The notes under the pieces were generated by a model, which saw only the letters and a program-made list of their open reading frames with translations, was not told the origin of the DNA and did not search any database. From an uncultured candidate division Zixibacteria bacterium (GTDB lineage: Bacteria > Zixibacteria > MSB-5A5 > UBA10806), in NCBI GenBank assembly GCA_963817915.1, contig CAWFQL010000011.1:128001-192000 (forward strand): DNA of 64,000 bases. Direction: 5' to 3'. Position 1 is the stretch's first letter, and every line of letters starts with the position of its first letter. Of this stretch, positions 33,277 through 42,432 are shown one piece after another. Made by a program: the position numbers and the translations under genes.

Positions 33277-35112
33277 TCGCGTTATCCGCGGTTTTTGTAA
33301 TTTCCTGTTTCGGCCTCGCGCTTTCGCAGGGCGATGCCGGTCGCGAATCGCCGTTTATTTTCGGCGCTGGCGGCCGTGGCATGGGGATGGGCCGGGCGTT
33401 TGTGGCCTTGAACGGCGATGCGTCGGCGCCATTCTGGAATCCCGGAGCCGCCGCGACTATCGATCGCGCCGGATTCATGGTATTTCACACATCTTTGTTC
33501 ATGGGGACTAATTACGACTGTTTTTCATTGTCTTATCCTTTTGAGACTCATGGAGTGGTCTCAATCTTTGCCGGACGACTCTCGACCGGCGATATTCAAG
33601 CACGGGACGAATTCAATCGCCTGATCAGGTCGTTTACATCTGCGGAAAATCAATTTGGGATCGGCTTCGGGCGAAATATAGCATACGGTTTTTATGCGGG
33701 AATGTCGCTCAAGGCCGCTTCGATGGAAATAAATTCAATCTCCGGATATGGTTTCGGTGCCGATGTCGGTTTGCAATTCAAACCTCATTATGTAAAAGGA
33801 TTGACTGCCGGGCTGAGCATAAACGATATCATAAAGCCCTCAATAAAATTATCTTCGGTAAGCGATCGATACCAGACTGTCTCGCGTTTCGGGCTATCAT
33901 ATACGCACGGCATTTTGAAAAATATGGAATCAACATTGGCATTACAGTATGAGACGGTCAAAGACCGAAAATCAATAACACGGGCCGGAATTGAAATGGC
34001 ATTTTATGATCATTATTTTCTGCGCGCCGGCATAGATGATTCCAGACCGACATTTGGCGCCGGCATAGATTATAATGATTTTGTGGTTCTGGATTATGCT
34101 TATGAGAATATCGAATTCTTCGGCTCCAGTCACCGAATTTCGCTGGCATTTTCTTTCGGCAAATCAATTGCCCGTTCGCGCGAGGAAGCCCGAGCTCGGA
34201 TTATACAGGACGAAAAAGAAACCTGGCAAAAAGAAGTCGAAAGCCAAAGAAAAATGGAATATAGGTCTTTTCTCGATAATGCTGATAGCCTTCGCCGGGC
34301 CGGCAAATTGGAGGACGCGCTTGGATATTACGAGCGAGCCCTGGCCATTGATAGCACTTCTCGACGTGCCAAAGCCTCCAGCGATAGCGTGATGAGCGAT
34401 ATAATTGCTCAAAGCATTTCAGTTACCCAGGACAAAAAACGGGAAGAGCTTATTTCCAATAGAATCGAGCTGGCGTTGCGGTCGTTGCGAGCCGGTCAGT
34501 ACAATGATGCGATTGCTCAATATCAAATGGTACTGGAGATCGAACCCAGCAATCCCACAGTTGTTGACCTGCTTCAATCGGCACGACAGATGCTCCAGAC
34601 TGAGATTAATAGCGTAAAATCGAAAGCTCAAGCTTCTCAGTCAGCAGGCGATTATGCCAATGCACTTGCTGGAATGGAAGAGACTTAACGATATTGCTCC
34701 GGCTGATAGCGAGGCATTGAGGGGGATAAATATCGCCAAAGGCCAATTGAAAGTCGATGGTCTTGTGGCCACAGCTGTCAACTCGATGAGAAATGGTGAA
34801 TATGCGAATGCGCTTACTTATCTTCAACAAGCGCAGTCACTTAGGCCGAACGATAAGTCTATCGGTTCACTGCTTGCGGAGGCCAAGGCAAAATCCGCGC
34901 CGCCCACGACGCTAAATGATATAAAGGCATCAAAAGAAAATTGGTCTATATATCTTAACGGTCTGGAACAGTATCAATCAGGAAAGTATTCTAAAGCCCT
35001 GGAAAATTGGGAATCGTTGCGAGAATTCTATCCCAATAATCCCGAGCTTGAGAAAAACATCAGCCAGGCCAAGAGCCGTCTTCAAACCGAGGGCGGAGCC
35101 CCCAAAGATTAG
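33252..35112 (+). CDS. PorV/PorQ-family beta-barrel fused to coiled coil and TPRs; frameshift near 34667; start uncertain
   Basis: GAGGRGMGMGRAFVA..DASAPFWNPG, LDYAY..HRISL, then TPRs; signal peptide lies upstream of the ATG at 33381. Confidence 0.8.
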
Positions 35113-35167
35113 CCTTTACAGATTCTTTTTGCTGAATTACTATTTGATGTCTGGAGCGCCTTGATTT

Positions 35168-38113
35168 ATGGGAAAAAAACCAATTAAAGAAGTATTCATG
35201 AGCTTCGCTGCCGAGGAATCCCAAATGGAGGATATCCGAAGCAGCATTCGCGATGTATTGGCCGATTCCGACCTTACAACGAAAGACGTTAATAGTGTTC
35301 TTCTGGCTCTTGAGGAAGGCTGTACCAATGTTATTCGTCATGCATATCTCTATGGCCCTGGCACCATTCGAATTAAGGTAAAGCTTTACCCTGGCAAGGT
35401 TCAATTTTCGATATTTGATCGTGGCCGGGCGTTCGACTTTGACCATTCCGATGTGCCTAATTTGGATCGCTATGTCAAAACGGGACGCAAAGGCGGTTTG
35501 GGGCTTTATCTTATTCGCAAGATGATGGATTCTGTCGATTATCATTCCCGCGATGGCGAAAATGAACTTCGAATGGAAAAAATATCCGATAAAACCAGCT
35601 CGCGATCGATTCGCATTCCAGGTTTCTCAATCCGTGTAAAATTCGCCTTATGGGCATCGCTTGTGGTATTTATGATTGTTGCGGGTGTCTTTTACTATTT
35701 TGATAATCGCGGCCGAAAAAATGCCAGAGAACGATTCTTCGATGGCTCCACGAACGCGATGGAAACATTCGTATCGGATATTGGGGATAAAATCTTATTG
35801 AGGGATTTGGATCTTAATAAATCCGCGGCGTCCTGGCTCGACGCCAACAAAAATCTGTTTTCGTTTATCGTGGTGACAGATACCGGAGGGATTATTATTG
35901 CCGATCCGGAAAGCCCTTCGCTTTTCCTTTCTGCATTTCGCGGAATTGACAGCGGAGATTATAATACTGATATCGCGGTGAAAGACAGCCTGAACAACAA
36001 AATCTTTTATTACAAAAGAGCAGCCAGGATTAATGATCAAACTGTCGGCTACGCTTATTTCGGATTAAGAGAAAGTCCTTTGAAATCCGAATTATCTCAA
36101 ACGCGTACCGGCCTGCTGTTGATTGCATTTGCGGGCCTGTTTGTAGGTTTCATGGCAGTCTATGCCTTGTCCAACTACTTTGTGAAGCCTATTCAAAAAC
36201 TGACCGAAGGCGTACTTAGATTTGGCGAGGGTAATTTAGATCAATCACTGCCGGTGGATGGTTCGGATGAATTTTCGGAGATTGCCCGGGCCTTTAATGA
36301 AATCACAGGCAAATTCAAAAAGGCGCAAGAGAATGTTGTCGAGCAGGAGCGATTGCAAAAAGAAATGCAGGTCGCTCAGGAAATTCAGCATACACTGCTT
36401 CCGCGCACTTTCCCCGATATCGAAGGTTATGATATTGCTACAGTTTACAGGGCCGCCAAAGATGTAGGCGGTGATTATTTTGATTTCGTCAGAATCGATG
36501 AAAACACGCTCGGAATTATCGTCGCCGATGTGTCCGGAAAGGGTATTCCCGGTTCATTGGTTATGACGATGATTCGAACCGCTTTGAGAATGGAAGCGAG
36601 AGGCAATTTCTCCCCCATAGATATTCTTTCGAGAGTAAATAATTTCGTTGCCGATGATGTCAAGAAGGGCATGTTCATTACCATATTTTTCATAATGCTC
36701 AATTCTGAGAGTCGGGCGATATCGTTCTCATCGGCTGGCCACAATCCCATGATTCTTTATCGCAAAGAATCGAATTCTTGCTATTTCCTGAATCCTCGCG
36801 GAATGCCGCTGGGGATAAGTCTCCCTGACGGTGTCAGTTTCGAGAAATCCTTGGAATCAGATAAAGTACAATTGAAAAAAGATGATATGTTGATTGTCTA
36901 TACCGATGGCATAACCGAAGCCATGAACAAGCTCGGTGAGCAATTCGGCAATGATAGGCTGATTCAATTCATAAGAGACAATTCAGATCTTCATCCCAAG
37001 GATTTTGCCAGCAAGCTGGATTTCGAAATCAATAAGTTTACTGGCGGCGCGCCTCAAAATGATGATATCACGTTAGTCGTTATTAAAGAAAAATTGATGC
37101 TCGACGAGGTAATATTCCAGAAACGAAGACGGCTTATAGAGATGGTAGAAAAAGAAGGCGTTCCTCTTGAAGAAGCCTGCACTCAAATGGGAGTATCGAC
37201 CTCGACCTATTATAAATATCTTCGCAGATGGCAAAAATTAGGCGATATGGGTTTATTGAATAAGAAGCTTCGCGCCGAGACCAATATAAAGCAAATTTCA
37301 ACCGAAGTCCGCAAGGAAATCTTGAAGATTGTCAGGGAAGATCCCGAGCTCGGAGGCAAAAGAATTCTTCAAAAGCTTTCGGAATTGGGAATTCAGAATA
37401 TTGATATTCGAGGGCTGTATCTTGAACTCGTAAGAATGCGCCTTAATACCAAAAAACTCAGATTAGAATATGTCGAGCGGGTTGGCGGTTCCACTCCTGA
37501 AATTCGGGCTGAACTCGAAAAAGAAATCCTCAAAGAGGTCAGCAAGAAAGAAGAATTCGATAGAGTTGAGTATATCGAAACTATTAAAAAGAATCTTGAT
37601 CAGAAAAAAGAACAGCTCGGAACGTCGGCCAGGGGGCTTGTCAGCAAGCTTCAGCAAATGGAGCCTGTTCTTGGTGATGCCAGCCTCTATGGTGAAATCG
37701 CCGCTGAACTTGGCAAACTGGGCGAGGGGGAGGATATCGCCAAATTATTTGAGAATCTAATCCTCAAAATGGCGTATAAGAATAAGGGTATCGAGAAATC
37801 ATCAGAGACAGAAATTCCTGCGCCAGCGACAATAAAGCCCATGCCCGATTTGTCCGCAGAAACACCCGTAACGGCAGGCATCGTTTCGGAAGAGGACTCA
37901 ATACCGAAAATAGCACCCAACGATAGTAATTCGGAAATAGCAATCAAGCCGGAAACCGTTGCTCCAATTCAGCCGTTACCCGAGCAGGAAAATACCCCAA
38001 TCGACGTAATTGAAAATGCCAGCAAGCCTCAAATTGATGAAGAAAAAAAGGATGAAGAATTGGATTGGGATGATTATGGTAAGAAGCTTGTTGAAAAATT
38101 TAAGAAAGAATGA
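35168..38113 (+). CDS. Membrane fusion: RsbW-like HATPase + 2TM sensor + HAMP + SpoIIE PP2C phosphatase + transposase-like HTH domains
   Basis: EEGCTNVIRHAY, DRG, GGLGL; VGGDYFD, DVSGKG, SAGH, YTDGITE, DDIT; GVSTSTYYKYLRRW. Confidence 0.9.
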   Translation: MGKKPIKEVFMSFAAEESQMEDIRSSIRDVLADSDLTTKDVNSVLLALEEGCTNVIRHAYLYGPGTIRIKVKLYPGKVQFSIFDRGRAFDFDHSDVPNLDRYVKTGRKGGLGLYLIRKMMDSVDYHSRDGENELRMEKISDKTSSRSIRIPGFSIRVKFALWASLVVFMIVAGVFYYFDNRGRKNARERFFDGSTNAMETFVSDIGDKILLRDLDLNKSAASWLDANKNLFSFIVVTDTGGIIIADPESPSLFLSAFRGIDSGDYNTDIAVKDSLNNKIFYYKRAARINDQTVGYAYFGLRESPLKSELSQTRTGLLLIAFAGLFVGFMAVYALSNYFVKPIQKLTEGVLRFGEGNLDQSLPVDGSDEFSEIARAFNEITGKFKKAQENVVEQERLQKEMQVAQEIQHTLLPRTFPDIEGYDIATVYRAAKDVGGDYFDFVRIDENTLGIIVADVSGKGIPGSLVMTMIRTALRMEARGNFSPIDILSRVNNFVADDVKKGMFITIFFIMLNSESRAISFSSAGHNPMILYRKESNSCYFLNPRGMPLGISLPDGVSFEKSLESDKVQLKKDDMLIVYTDGITEAMNKLGEQFGNDRLIQFIRDNSDLHPKDFASKLDFEINKFTGGAPQNDDITLVVIKEKLMLDEVIFQKRRRLIEMVEKEGVPLEEACTQMGVSTSTYYKYLRRWQKLGDMGLLNKKLRAETNIKQISTEVRKEILKIVREDPELGGKRILQKLSELGIQNIDIRGLYLELVRMRLNTKKLRLEYVERVGGSTPEIRAELEKEILKEVSKKEEFDRVEYIETIKKNLDQKKEQLGTSARGLVSKLQQMEPVLGDASLYGEIAAELGKLGEGEDIAKLFENLILKMAYKNKGIEKSSETEIPAPATIKPMPDLSAETPVTAGIVSEEDSIPKIAPNDSNSEIAIKPETVAPIQPLPEQENTPIDVIENASKPQIDEEKKDEELDWDDYGKKLVEKFKKE

Positions 38114-38856
38114 TTAAACTCGCTATCCTGACATCCAAAGGCGGGACAGGGAAGACTACTACCGCTATTAACCTTGGACATGGTCTGGCTTTATCCGGGA
38201 AGAAGGTGTTGTTAGTCGATTGCGATCCGCAGGGGTCAACATCGGCGGCTTTTGGTGTTGATGGCGAAAGGGGACTTTCGAATTTATTAACGGATGGTAA
38301 AGTCGATATTTATCAGGTTAGACCAAGGCTCTTTTTATTGCCGTCGGGCAAGAAACGTTTGGCTGACCTTGAGATGACATTAGCCACTATGGACGATAAA
38401 GAATACAGAATCAGCAACGCCCTGGGAAGGCTTTCGGGAAGCGATTGGGTTATTTTAGATTGCTCTCCGTCAATAAATATAATAAATTTAAATGCTTTAG
38501 GGTTTGCGGAACATCTCCTGATTCCAGCATCACTGGATTTTTTTTCGCTGGAGGGAGTTAAATCCACGATGGAATTGGCTAAAGAGATTACGGCAAAAGG
38601 AAAGGGAATGCTTGAGATTCTCGGAGTATTGCCGACATTTTATGATAGAAGGACTATTATTTCGAGGCTGGCTTTAGATGAACTGCGGAATAGCTACGGC
38701 CCGCTCGTATTTAATACTGAAATAAGATTGAATGCCGAGATAAAGAAATCGCAATGGTACAGGCAAACCGTTTTTGAATATGCCCCATTTTCTCATGGAG
38801 CTTATGATTATTATAAATTATCGAAAGAGGTCCAGGAAAGATTGGAGACGAAATAA
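38110..38856 (+). CDS. ParA/Soj-family ATPase (orphan)
   Basis: KGGTGKTT, DCDPQG, LDCSPS, GVLPTFYD. Confidence 0.92.
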   Translation: MIKLAILTSKGGTGKTTTAINLGHGLALSGKKVLLVDCDPQGSTSAAFGVDGERGLSNLLTDGKVDIYQVRPRLFLLPSGKKRLADLEMTLATMDDKEYRISNALGRLSGSDWVILDCSPSINIINLNALGFAEHLLIPASLDFFSLEGVKSTMELAKEITAKGKGMLEILGVLPTFYDRRTIISRLALDELRNSYGPLVFNTEIRLNAEIKKSQWYRQTVFEYAPFSHGAYDYYKLSKEVQERLETK

Positions 38857-38858
38857 AT

Positions 38859-39581
38859 ATGAGTGATATAAAAATATCTTTAGACAGCGCGGGTCCCAAG
38901 GGAGAAATTTCAGTAGTCAGGGTCGACGGGGTCATTGATACCATGACTTCCAGCGACCTCGAAAAAGTAATGAATTCTCTTCTTGAGAGGGGCAAATATT
39001 ATATCGTAATCGATCTCGGCGGGGTAGATTATATATCATCAGCGGGATGGGGTATATTTATTTCGAATATAAGAGAAATCCGCCAGCATTCTGGCGATAT
39101 CAAGCTGGCTCGTATGATTCCCAATGTGTACGAGATATTTGAGCTGTTGGAATTCGATAGCATTCTTAAAGCTTTTGACAGCGTCGAAAAGGCCAAATCG
39201 GATTTTAGCTTCATCAAAAGAAATGGCGCCGACTCCGGCGAAAGAGTGCCCGTAGAGGTTGCGGTTGCGGCGCTGGATTCCGCGGAACCTACTCAGAAGA
39301 TTAAAGAAGTGGCGAATCCGTCAACGAATCTGCAAGATGCTCCCAAACAGCTTTCGCAGTTAGAAAAGAAATCAACCGCTCCCGGGCTTCAGGAAATAGT
39401 TGTTGAGATGGTCATAAAGGACCCCTTCTTTTCGATATCAGAAATTAAAACCGAAATCGCCAGAAAATATCCGACCGCCCAATCTGGTTGGTGGCAGATT
39501 TGGAATGTTTTGCGTCAAAATCGCCTCTTAAGCAAGAAAAGCCGTTTTCGCCTGTCACGTTTTAAGAGCGGAGTTCGATAA
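38859..39581 (+). CDS. STAS anti-sigma-factor antagonist with C-terminal HTH-like domain
   Basis: VDYISSAGWG phosphoacceptor motif, linker, then DPFFSISEI...WNVLRQNRLLSKKSR. Confidence 0.88.
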   Translation: MSDIKISLDSAGPKGEISVVRVDGVIDTMTSSDLEKVMNSLLERGKYYIVIDLGGVDYISSAGWGIFISNIREIRQHSGDIKLARMIPNVYEIFELLEFDSILKAFDSVEKAKSDFSFIKRNGADSGERVPVEVAVAALDSAEPTQKIKEVANPSTNLQDAPKQLSQLEKKSTAPGLQEIVVEMVIKDPFFSISEIKTEIARKYPTAQSGWWQIWNVLRQNRLLSKKSRFRLSRFKSGVR

Positions 39582-39584
39582 TTA

Positions 39585-41429
39585 ATGATCAATAAGCCAA
39601 AGGCGTGGCCCTTTATAGTAATTTCATTGATGCTGGCCGGCATAGTAATAGCATCAGGGTTTTTCTTGAAAAACCTTAATGCAAGAATATCTATTTATCT
39701 GGCAGGAATATTGATATTGGGGTATTTGATCTATTCATATATCCGTGCCTCCTGGAAGGCCGCCATCATCGAAAAATTAATCAATACAGATTCAAATGAT
39801 AAGGATACCCTGGCCAATTCATTGCTTTCGGAGATAATCGCATCAGGTATTCAGAAAAAATCGATTCAGCAAGCGGCATCGGAAATCATAAAATCAAAAT
39901 TTGGCATCGATAAATTCGTAATTTATTTTCGCGATGACGATAAATTAATTCCTCGAATATATTCAAATGTTAATATTAAAAATCTGGGATATCTGAACAC
40001 CGATAAAATTAAAAAATACCTGGGTTCAAATATGGATTCCGGAATAATATTTAAGAATGACACCTTATTTCACGCCGCTGCAAAAAATAATGATAATGAT
40101 GAATTCGAATCCTATAATATTTTTGCTTTTTCCTGGGGCAAAGGCGGATTAATTCTGATAATTTTCGATGATACCATTGGGCATTTTACCGAAATATTAA
40201 AAAATGCCGACATGAACAAAATGCTTTGGCCGGGTTTGGATTATACATTAAGAGTCCATTTCGATCTCAAGGAAAATGCCGCCGATCTAAAGCAAAATCG
40301 AATAGAATTGGGTCGCGCGAAGAAAGAATTGATTGAATTGAATAAAGAACTCAACAAGAAGATGCTCGATGTCCAGTCGTTCGTCAAGATATCAAACGAT
40401 CTTTATTCACTATTCAATGAAGATCAGCTATTCCCTACATTGAAAAACACGATTAGCAATCAACTTGGGGCGACTAAAGTCGAAATCTTAAAGCCATCCG
40501 GCGACGGGACTTTCAAATTATCCGCCGAAGCTACGGGCAATTCCAATTCGGGATTTGAACTTATATTAGACAGTGAATCGGCTCTATTGAAATTATTGCA
40601 AAAAAGCGCCAAACCACTTTTAATGCCGCTGGTAGGCTCAGGATTAAGCCCCAAAGAACCATTTCTCGACGCGGCAGCCCAGGCCGGTTTTCAGATAGCC
40701 TCGCCAATAAAGGTCAGCGGCCGAATTGAATGCATTATTTTAGTGGGCGAAAAGAAGGATAAAGGACAATATCTAAACCAGGATATAGATTCATTTTATA
40801 GTATCAGTAATATTGCCTCGCTGGCATTGGAAAATATAAAACAGTATTCAACAATAGAGAAACTTTCATATACTGACAGCATGACGGGTATTTATAACTA
40901 TCGCTATTTCTATAAACGTCTCAGCGAGGAAATTCTGAGAGCTCAAAGATACAACCGTGAAATCGCATTGGTAATCATGGATATCGATAATTTCAAAACT
41001 TTTAATGATAATTTTGGCCATCAGGCCGGAGATATGGTATTAAAACAATTGTCGGAGCTGATAACTCGGACGATAAGGTCAATTGATGTTGTCAGCCGCT
41101 ATGGAGGCGAGGAATTCTGTATTATCATGCCGGATACGGGGACTGCCAATTGCAGTATTTTTATCGAACGTTTAAGAGCCGAAATTGCGGGTTTTAAATT
41201 TGAATCGGAGGCGTCCCATATTAATTCAATAACAGTTTCAGTCGGGGGAGCGGTCTACCCATATCACGGGACTAATCCCGACCGATTGATATATTGTTCT
41301 GATATGGCATTATTGAAAGCAAAATCGTCGGGCAGGAACCGCGCGTTGATGTATAGCGTAAATAGTGATGATAAAGGGGATTTAATGTCTGGGAGGTCAG
41401 ATGTCGCTAAAAGGGAATATACAGAATAG
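39585..41429 (+). CDS. Membrane GAF-like/GGDEF diguanylate cyclase
   Basis: 2 TM helices, TDSMTG, DIDNFK, RSID I-site, RYGGEEF. Confidence 0.93.
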   Translation: MINKPKAWPFIVISLMLAGIVIASGFFLKNLNARISIYLAGILILGYLIYSYIRASWKAAIIEKLINTDSNDKDTLANSLLSEIIASGIQKKSIQQAASEIIKSKFGIDKFVIYFRDDDKLIPRIYSNVNIKNLGYLNTDKIKKYLGSNMDSGIIFKNDTLFHAAAKNNDNDEFESYNIFAFSWGKGGLILIIFDDTIGHFTEILKNADMNKMLWPGLDYTLRVHFDLKENAADLKQNRIELGRAKKELIELNKELNKKMLDVQSFVKISNDLYSLFNEDQLFPTLKNTISNQLGATKVEILKPSGDGTFKLSAEATGNSNSGFELILDSESALLKLLQKSAKPLLMPLVGSGLSPKEPFLDAAAQAGFQIASPIKVSGRIECIILVGEKKDKGQYLNQDIDSFYSISNIASLALENIKQYSTIEKLSYTDSMTGIYNYRYFYKRLSEEILRAQRYNREIALVIMDIDNFKTFNDNFGHQAGDMVLKQLSELITRTIRSIDVVSRYGGEEFCIIMPDTGTANCSIFIERLRAEIAGFKFESEASHINSITVSVGGAVYPYHGTNPDRLIYCSDMALLKAKSSGRNRALMYSVNSDDKGDLMSGRSDVAKREYTE

Positions 41430-42429
41430 TCTTATGGTTAGCCCAAAAATTAATTGTACTTCTCGAATTGTGCTAATATTTGCTATTTTGTTCATTTCGG
41501 CTAACGCGCAGGATAAGGATACTTATATTATTGGTCCGACGGACAGATTAGCCATATCATTCTGGCAGCAGCCCGATTTAAATACAACAGTTCGAGTCAG
41601 TGATAATGGAAATATAACCTTGCCGGTAATAGGGGAGATCAGGGCTGCGGGACTGACCACCGCGGAATTATCAAAAAAAATTGTAGAGCAAATGGTGTTT
41701 TATAATAGTCCTGTATCACAGGCGACAATAGCAGTCACTGAGTATAATTCCCGGACAGTGGTTGTCACCGGGCAGGTATTGACCCCCGGAAGCCATAGCT
41801 ATGAAAAAATACCTGATATCTGGAAAGTCATTCTCGATTCTGGAGGGCCCACATCTCAGGCGAATCTTTCCGGTGTCACGATTGTACGGAAGGATGGCGA
41901 AAAGACTGATGTAATTGATGTCGATTTGTATAAAATAATCAAAGATGGTGATTTATCGAAGGCTCCTCCACTCAAACCGGGTGATTTGGTCAATATTCCT
42001 GTTTCACCATATGGGTCGGCGGTTGAGCTTGCCGGAACGCCTCAAGCTGAACGGAAAAATATCTATTTTGTTTTTGGAAGGGTTACAACTCCCGGGGCCA
42101 GGGACCTTCAAGAGGGTATCGATATAATGGATGCCATCACGCTGGCCGGTGGACCTCTTGCGGATGCTGATTTGAGAAATATCAGAGTAATTATGAAAGA
42201 CGCCGGGCCGTCGAATATAGTCAAAATTGATCTCGAAAATTATATTGATAAGGGAACTCCTTCTCGTTTTTTGCTTCGTGCTGAAGACACCGTGGTTATT
42301 CCACTGCGTAGGGACGGCACTTTCACAAATATTACGAATAGGCTTGCTACGGTTGTACCAATCATTACCGCCATAGGGACATTGATATTATTATACTATA
42401 ATATTCAAGAGATAAATAGGAGACGTTAG
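41401..42429 (+). CDS. Polysaccharide export protein (OPX/Wza-like, SLBB domains)
   Basis: YIIGPTDRL, GNITLPVIG..AAGLT, two SLBB repeats. Confidence 0.88.
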   Translation: MSLKGNIQNSLMVSPKINCTSRIVLIFAILFISANAQDKDTYIIGPTDRLAISFWQQPDLNTTVRVSDNGNITLPVIGEIRAAGLTTAELSKKIVEQMVFYNSPVSQATIAVTEYNSRTVVVTGQVLTPGSHSYEKIPDIWKVILDSGGPTSQANLSGVTIVRKDGEKTDVIDVDLYKIIKDGDLSKAPPLKPGDLVNIPVSPYGSAVELAGTPQAERKNIYFVFGRVTTPGARDLQEGIDIMDAITLAGGPLADADLRNIRVIMKDAGPSNIVKIDLENYIDKGTPSRFLLRAEDTVVIPLRRDGTFTNITNRLATVVPIITAIGTLILLYYNIQEINRRR

Positions 42430-42432
42430 AGC

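Noticed and set aside
37121..37471. IS481-family element insertion
   Set aside because: In-frame within a larger protein, with no DDE integrase domain, terminal repeats or target duplication seen; treated as a domesticated domain
38110..38856. Chromosome or plasmid partition locus
   Set aside because: No parB, replication gene or parS-like palindrome noticed nearby
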